Assembly (NCBI GenBank): GCA_950097015.1
Contig: CATNEN010000038.1
Span: 27,590,001-27,654,000, forward strand
DNA from: Macrostomum hystrix
Taxonomy: Eukaryota > Animalia > Platyhelminthes
Direction: 5' to 3'
Length of the DNA: 64,000 nt
Shown: positions 56,312 to 64,000 of the stretch, piece by piece
How positions within the stretch are numbered: position 1 is the stretch's first letter
Layout of the letters: every line of letters begins with the position of its first letter
Notes under the pieces: model-generated
The model's input: only the letters and a program-made list of their open reading frames with translations
Databases searched by the model: none
What the model was told of the DNA's origin: nothing
Translations under genes and position numbers: made by a program

Positions 56312-59300
56312 TTATGCTTCAGGCACAAAATAGACGCTGCCAGGATCGTCCCAGAGCAATGGCTGATCGCTGATTGTAACAGGTCGGTAGCCTGCAACAG
56401 CGAGACCACCTCGGCGAAGCTCCTGCAGGGCAGTCTGGCTCCAGTTGAACCGAGTTGCGCCACCAGCTGCGACTGAAGCGGCCTCCGCGCGTATCAGTCG
56501 TTCGCCGGCTTGACGAAGTCCAGCCAGCGCCAGACGATCCAACTCGGCGCTAGGAGGCGAGCTGCCCCACCGAATCGATGCGGAGAGCAGGCCGGAGTCC
56601 ACTCGCACCTCCACACTGGCGTCCTCACTGTGCCGGATGGTGACGGAACCAGCCCCGTTCGGAAGATTAATAGCCGATTTGCCAGGCTCCGGTGAGGTCG
56701 ATGATTGCTCAATGCTTCTCACGATTGAATCGACGGACGCTTCAGCATTTCGATAAAAGTGCAGTAAGTAGCGACCATCTGCTAGATTTTCAGCTTGTCG
56801 ATTCAGCAGTATTGAGCCGTTGAATACAAGCAAAGCCGCTTGTCGCAACTGCTCCGGGAGAGCTGAGAAGGTGTCAGTCGGGCCCGTCAGCGAAGTTCTG
56901 CCTTTGGCGTCAACAATCGGATGCAGTTCAGAATGCAAGTAGGGAGCAGCAGCCGCCAGTGGCGGAATTCTTGACAACTTCGGCAAAGGCGTCGCAAAGT
57001 CAAACATGCCGGGTGTGCGCTGAAACTCATCCAGACGTCGACGTAGTCCGGCTTGAAATACAGACTCGATAGCAACTGACTGTGGCGCCAGTGGACTGTG
57101 GTAGAGCGTCGGCAACGGGCCGGCCTCTGTTTCTCGGCTTAGGCTCGTTGAAACAGCGTCGTTTGATCGAAGCAGGCTCTCTGAGTCAATGTTGAAGGCC
57201 TTTAGCCAATATTTCGGCCGGCTGACCTCGTGATAGTTGTACACTGATGGACCGTCTGTCGCTAGTAATAAGTGATCAAACATGTAAGTGTCAATCAATT
57301 CCGGTGTTTTAAGTGCAGCAGAGAGCCTTTGAAATAAGCCCAATGGGTCCGGACTTGTCCACTGGCCGATGTAAGGATCGTAGGGCCGACTTCCAGATAA
57401 CCACACCAGGCCTGTGTCCGGGTCCTGCACCCCTGAGCGGTAGCCGAAGGGCACCAATGGAGCTGTTGGTCTGCTGAATACCACAATGCGCTCGCCAGTG
57501 ACTGAGTAGCTTATCTGTAAAATAAGAGCAAAAAACGTTTTGTAAAACAATACCTATTAAAGAGTTTCAAAGTAGTTAAAAATTGACAGCTAACAAAGTG
57601 TAAATTGAGCAATCATCGACCTACCTGCGTCTCAACTTCGCCTCTCTGATTGAGCAAGGCCAGAGCTGAACCAAAGTAGTCACTGACAACATAGTATCTT
57701 TGTGCATCAGAATCCACAGTCTCCAGGGCAACAAGCTGACCAGTGCGGTCCTCATAGTGGCATGCTAGCAGTGAATGCTCAAACCAACCTGCTCCAGGTA
57801 GGAAGTGCGTCACGCGTCGAGTGTGCTCAGGATTTGAGTAAAAAAACTGCATGCTCTTCCTAGGATGAAGGCGATCCAGCCTGGCAATGAGTCGATCTTG
57901 AGCGTCGTAAACGTACCGCAAGCTATAGAGCCTACGTCCACTTGAGTCTATCGACTCAGCACGACGGATCAGGCCCTTAGCGTCGTAGCGAAAACTTTCA
58001 ATAGTTCCAACTCCCAGGCGGTGACGCCGCGCTGCTAGGAAACCGTCGGCGTCGAAGTCGTACTCCACACCTCCTACGCGACTCGGTAGTCCGGTGCGGC
58101 TGTCGTATGAGTAGTTTAACCGCTGAACTGATCCAACAGAATTTTTAGTCGATCGCCACTCCATGCGTCCGCTAAGAGAGTAACCAAGCGTCTCTTCAGG
58201 ACCGGCTTGTCCTGATGCTCCTGAGCCAGCAGCCAACGCCGCGGCAGCACGAACAACGCGGCCGAGTTTGTCTGTCTGGTAAGCAACAGAGGAGCCGCTA
58301 CTGACGCCGTCAGTGTCACCGATGCGGTAAACCTGCTCTTGGAGACGACCCCGACTGTGTCCGTGCACCGAGAGAACGAAAGCCCGTCGATTTCCAGTTC
58401 CACAGTGCAAGGTGCTCTCTGCCAGTCTAGCCAAACTGTCAAACTGAAAACGGCGAGTGCAGTGTGCGTCTCTGAGTCGCACTGAGTGCTCCCGACGTGA
58501 TATGCGACTCTCTATGCTGATATCGTTGAGCTGAATTATTCCACCGCTAATTGGGTCATGAGTCAAATTCAGTATCGATTTTATCTTTCGTTCAGTTGAC
58601 TGGTCGATTATTGTTTCGATTCCGACAATCTTTAGTGCGGAACCGTACTGGTAGCTGTGCCTTGCGTTAGCCAGCTTGTCTTCTCCAGTAGACTCAAATA
58701 TGCGCGTCTCTTGGCTAAGCAGACCGCCTGTGTAGGTGTACTTCTGACTGACATTTGTCTTCGTCTCATCAAAAAAGACGGTGTGGAGCTCACTCGGTAG
58801 CTTGTCAATGTCTAGAGTGTAATACACGTCAGTGTAGGCTTGATCAAAAGCGACTCGACGCAATCTGGCGGTTGGCGACAGGACAAAGCTCAAGCGGCGA
58901 GTCTGACTAGGGTAATGAAGCGATTGAAGGCGATCTTCGGATGAGTAGTAAAACACAAATGGGCTGCCGCACCCGCTGCAAGGCCAGTATAGAATCCGAC
59001 TAGCTGAGAGTCCCCAGCTCGCGAGGATACTGTGTCTCACTAGGTCTGGGGTGGTGATAGTCTGCAGACCGCCAGTCCCGTCACAGTCAAAGTGAAACTG
59101 ACCCCCGACCGGGTTCTGTATGGTGCTCGGCTGTATGGAGAGAAGATGCGTGGAGTTATTTCTTAGCATGAAGTGCTCAAAGATTCTGACTCATTTCTCA
59201 GAGGTCTAGAGTTCGAATCTTGAACAAGAGGAAACAATCTGTATCATTGTGCTCAAAGTGCTCAAAGATTCTGACTCATTTCTCAGAGGTCTAGAGTTTG

Positions 59301-62300
59301 AATGCTTGTAAGTATGGTTGTGACAATGTGATCTACTTGTTTGCGAATAAAATAGACAATCAGAACACTAAATTTACTGGTATGTTCTTCATGATTTGAT
59401 GAGAAATTGGCGCCAAGACACGACTACTGTTTTGTCGATCTTTTCTTAAGATACAGATAGAAATCTTGAAAGAAAATTATTTTGAAGAAGCAAATTCATA
59501 GTCGCCTAAATAGAAGGCCTAAGCGGATGCGACATCTGTGGCCTATTTAAGCCTGGCAGCTGCTTTAGTCTGCAGTGAGTGCTGCAGCCACCCTTCCCCC
59601 AGCTTGTTGGAGGAAGATTGCATTTTTTCTTAGCGGCTGATTGACGCGCACTCCGCAGGTTTGAGAGAAGTTGAAGAAGGCAGTGGGTGAGGCGGAGAGG
59701 AGTGTTTGGGTCTGTGAGTATGCCGTGGCAGTCCGATGGAAGGAAATTAATTCCCAGCAAGGTCCTTCAACCTGGCCTCTACTACTCTAGAAGTGATTTC
59801 CTAGAAACTTCTCATACTCAGCCGTATTTCTCGCACGTGCTGACGAATCAACGATGGATTTTTGGAAAGCTAAAGGAATGAGGAAAAAAAGTTCTTTCAA
59901 CAAAGTCACTGTTTTACTCTAAATTATTAGATTGCCATTCATAATCTCATTACTATGCATAACTATAGTGAATTTCTGATTTCTGATTTCACTTCTCTTT
60001 TTAATTATTGGTCTTAGCGGAGTGTTTCGCACTTTTTTTATTACTGGATTCGTAATTTTTTATCTTAGGTGGTGAGTAGCAGAGCGGTCTAACGCGTTTG
60101 CCTCTGGCAGCAATGTCCCTGAGGTCGATTCCGCGGCGATGCCACATTTGGGGCGCAGCCGCGGAGAGAAGGCTTGGGGGCTTGCCGTGCAGTTGACGCC
60201 CCTGAGGGCCGATCTCCAAGGCACAATGAAAGTGTACACGGCCTGACGATGAGAAAGTCAGGGCAGATGTAAACACCTGTGTGCCTGCGTACGGTATCTG
60301 TGTGCGCGTGTGCTCAGGCGTCAGCGGAATGGGCAGAATTGCCTCTTCGCGGGCTGCGGGTCAAGTGTCACCAAATGTGCCTTTGTCCTGCAGACCTCCT
60401 GCAACTACTATTATTATATTTTTTTAATTATCTTTTTATATAAATAAACAGTGTCTGCACAGCAATCGTCCTCTATTTCATGTACATTTCACCTTTATTT
60501 TCTAATGAGGCCCTCTCAACTCACTTTGATTTCTTGCGTATGCAATTTATTTTGCCTCAGAAATTTTATAGCCGGAGCACTGGTGGGTTCAGGGTAGATT
60601 TTCGCAGACTGAAAACTGCTGGCATATTAAATTTCATCGGAATTTCTAAGTAAGGAGAGCACATAAAAATATTAATTTGAATTCTGAAATTGTGTGAAGG
60701 CACTAGAGTCAAGATTCAGACAAGTGCCAGCGTCTTTTCTGGTGTTAGGCCGGTACTTGTGATTTCCGAAACTTAATACCTATTGATTGCTTAGAATATG
60801 AACAAAATACTACACAGCAAAAAAATTTTCTATGCCTGAAAAATAGTTTTCGCTCTTCAACCAAATAAGTTGCTGACCGCATTATATATTATAGAGGAAG
60901 TTTGTCAACTCTTACCACTTGAGATCCAGAGCAGTTGCCGCCATCCGCCTTTGCGGAATAGTCATATCGATATTCAGCGATTTCTTCTTGCTCAGCATTG
61001 GCGTCTCCAATTTTTAAATAGGCCTGCTCGGCCGTCAGCGGCTGACGTATGCGTGCCGACGACTTCGGCAACTGCTCGAAGCGCCACTTCAGGCGAGCCT
61101 CCTGCTGACCAGTGCGCTCGGACGCTGTCCGCGGCCTGTCCGACCAAGTCAGCGCAGATAGTTGGCGACCCTCTCTGTGTCAAGCAAAATTATTCTTTTT
61201 AACCGTTGTACGCTCGTACATACATACGAAAACTCGTGTTTTTATGTTACACAGTTATAGATATTACTTTTAAGAGTAGTAGAGAATTTTATCAGAAGAT
61301 TAAGAAATTATCTCGTTCCAATAATGTACTTTGTCTGTCTGTATAATGTACTTTTTACCATAGACAATCTCGCAAGATATTCATAGAGGCGGCGGTCACT
61401 GACGCATCAGTTAACGACAACGAAGAGATCGCCTCTGCCCGGTTCACTGACCACTGAGCAAACACACATGCACACTCAAACAGGTGTGTGCATCGTCGGG
61501 CAGTGTGAAGTCACACTGAAGTCAAGTCGGGCTTTGTTACTTGTGAGCGCACGTTGCTCGACAAGCCTCCAAGCCTTCTCTCCGCGACTGCACTGCGTGA
61601 ATAAATGTGGCCTGGGCGCGGATTCGAGCTCAGGAACCAAGTGCGAGAGTCGGACGTGTTATGGCACTGGCACTCACCCCCGGGCCCCTGAATTGATCCC
61701 AGACTCACCCGTGATAGGCAAACTGTACAGGACGGTACAAGCTCATTATCGGATTTGGAGTAACAGAAATTGGCTGATCAGCTGAATTATAGGCTATTGT
61801 GAAGAGCAAGTCGAAGACAGCTGGGGCATCGCCAGCACTCCGGCTTATGTGGTAGGACTCTTTGCGATCCGATGGCTGATAACTGATGAGTAGCACTGGC
61901 CGATTGTTGATCTGTAATTTCGTAAGGATTAGGATGCTTGAATTATTGCTAATTTGATTGAATGATTTGGCATAGACCAGGAGATTATCCTAATCTTCAA
62001 TATCATGTGTCGGTCTGGGATTTTCGCTTTAACTCTCGGCGTGCACTATTCGATTATTTTGCTCTGGCTGTATCAAGATCTCCACTCGACAAACAAAAAA
62101 GCATTTTAAGCTAAGAAGTTTTCTCATTTGATTCTGGCTTTGACCTCCCGGCGAATTCCAGCAAGAAAACGGCACGCACCGGTGTCAAATTCGTGCCTAA
62201 TTAAACTGCGAGCTCTCATTTTATAAATAAAAATAGACTATAGGCTTGATCGGCAGATCGAGAGCTCTAAGGCGTCTACTTTTGGGCTCTGAGTACGGTG

Positions 62301-63446
62301 AGATTGGGTTTATCTGAGGTGAGTCACGCTGCTTGTTCCTGTCAACTAGAGGCTTATCTGTCGATAGTTGTGTACAGAATTTGCTCGAAAATGGAAAACG
62401 AGGGACGCAGAAAAAGCCTTAGTCGAGTGTAGAAGTCGAGATTTGCGGATGAAAATGGAATGGCAAACAAGCGCTTCACTTTCGGATCATTTCTTTGACT
62501 GACCGGGAGGGAATGCAGCGAACTGAGGGAACTAATCCGCAAGGATTACTTCGGCAAGATGGAGATAGAGAGCTGGCCGAATTGAGTAGAATCAGTTTGA
62601 TCAATGCGAAAGCTTTAGAAAGCTGCCACAGCCTGCCGGTCCACTCCCAGTTTCAATGGGCCGATCATGTTTCCTGCCAGTCTCTGACCATCTCTGAAGG
62701 CGTGATTTTGCGTGGGATAAGAGGATGTCAGCTTGAAGAAGTTGCGAACTACTGAATCGAACAGAATGGGAAACTGTGAGTTCATCAGAATCGTCAACCT
62801 CCGTCATTGTCCAGCTGAGCTAGCCTGAGGTCTTTCCGGTATTCACAACGCTCCGAGAAAATCAAGAAGATGAGCTAAGAAAGAACAGGATGTGAAAAAT
62901 AGCGCCTGGACAGTTTGATGCGAGAACCTTTTTACCTGGAATCTAAGTGCCGCTTTTCATGGCTCAGGACAACAGCTCGATTTAGACTTCCTGTGAAGCT
63001 TTTAATTTCGCACTCTAAATGGAACTACTGCGGCTGTTAGATTGAATAAAAACTAGAATCTAGGGACAGAATCCAAAAACATCTTGCCTTGAGCAGTCTT
63101 TGATGCGTGCCTGGCACCGGGGCACTATTGCCTCGTACGGCAAAATCGAGGTCAGCTCGGGTCATGCTCGGATGATGCCCCATAAGCGGTAGAGTCGACT
63201 CGACGACCGATTGATAATGAGCCAGTAGGGCCGCATGACTCCAGCTTGTGTTGCGCCAATGTCTGACGGATGTCGCCGAGTCCACGGGTCCGGAGACAAG
63301 GCGCTGATTTGACAGCTGCAGGTTGGAGCCCAGCTGGGGGAACCACTGGATCTTGGTGGAAACTGAATCCTGGCCGACACTCGATGACACGGCCGACGCT
63401 GTCACCCGACCGAGATCGGACAAGTCAAAGCTAGTGCTGATTCCAC
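56312..63446 (-). CDS. Divergent teneurin, 3' part (YD/RHS shell + Tox-GHH/TCAP-like C-terminus); exons 63446-63088, 61911-61709, 61174-60916, 59130-57625, 57514-56312
   Basis: YD-type repeats (YDFDADGFL, FRYDAKGLI, YVYDAQDRL). QFFYSNPEHTRRVTHF, RYYVVSDYFGSALALLN, PFGYRSGVQDPDTGLVW and YDPYIGQWTSPD match the teneurin/RHS core. The C-terminus is NWSQTALQELRRGG..GY..PLLWDDPGSVYF. Phases are consistent if one donor is GC. The gene continues beyond the window. Confidence 0.85.
60068..60418 (+). mobile_element. SINE family B, full length, in a teneurin intron
   Basis: Head TAGCAGAGCGG..GGTCGATTCC, body and ACT/ATT tail as in 8557-8916. Confidence 0.85.
61425..61685 (-). mobile_element. SINE family B, degenerate copy in a teneurin intron
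   Basis: Contains the ACAAGCCTCCAAGCCTTCTCTCCGCG and GCGGATTCGAGCTCAGG blocks. Confidence 0.7.
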
Positions 63447-64000
63447 CTGAATTTTAATTACATAATTACGTAGCTTTTAGATTTCTCTCACATAAACTGA
63501 CTGACAGATTTCAAATGATAGAAGCGAAAGTGAGGTAGTCTACTTTAATAAAAACATTTATTAAACAACAAAAAATAAAATGTAGCTTTGCCATGCTTGC
63601 CACATTGCGAGTCTAAACCAAAATAGTAAAGTAAGGGAGTAAGAAGGAAAGCACACCTGGACGAACCAGTCATCTTAACTGTTCCCAGTTTAAAGTACAA
63701 GCTAAGGAGTAGACACTGCGCTTATGCATCTGGTCGAGATTCGGGTCTATCTTTTGCTTTCAACTACATACAAAACAATCACAATGTAAGCAAACAAGAA
63801 TTGGGGGTAATCAAGATTCAGAATGGCTTCAGAAACGAAAGAGAAAGGAAATTTGATACAATTTTGACGTTCCATCTATGCCAAACCGTATGTGAAGCTA
63901 GACATTCCCGCAGACATCCCTGACATCGCAGATCCCAAAAAATCTTATGACATTTTCGTTTCTTCCTTCGGACACACCAGCGCCGAAGCATCCAACCTCA

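Noticed and set aside
56312-59169. Bacterial RHS toxin or contamination
   Set aside because: The gene is interrupted by spliceosomal introns containing host SINEs, and the motifs follow teneurin order.

Overview
Eukaryotic (metazoan) genomic DNA, not prokaryotic. It has spliceosomal genes, abundant minisatellites and tRNA-derived SINEs. The style suggests an invertebrate, possibly a free-living flatworm such as Macrostomum (inference only). Hand-splicing with phase checks gives, in order: (1) the last 5 coding exons of CYFIP/Sra-1 (+); (2) a 3-exon MARCH-type RING-CH E3 ligase (+); (3) tRNA-Val(AAC); (4) a probable solo LTR; (5) a 10-exon divergent BAR-domain-only gene that is nearly invisible in the ORF track (-); (6) a rearranged mini-copy of gene 7; (7) a 7-exon, ~1166-aa membrane protein with a signal peptide, TWO tandem mGluR-like Venus-flytrap domains, ONE transmembrane helix and a short Tyr/Pro tail, with no 7TM or cyclase domain (-); (8) an intact, very young Ty3/Gypsy retrotransposon (TTTG TSD, GGGAAAC -1 frameshift, Cys-repeat insert in Pol, extra ORF3) just upstream of that receptor; (9) a tandem cluster of 5 intact and 2 pseudogenised intronless secreted multi-Kazal inhibitor genes with diversified P1 residues (-); (10) the last 5 exons of a divergent teneurin, including a probable GC-AG intron (-). 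The best novelty candidates are the double-flytrap single-pass receptor with its deleted mini-paralogue, and the Kazal birth-and-death array. All homology calls come from recalled family motifs, not database searches.
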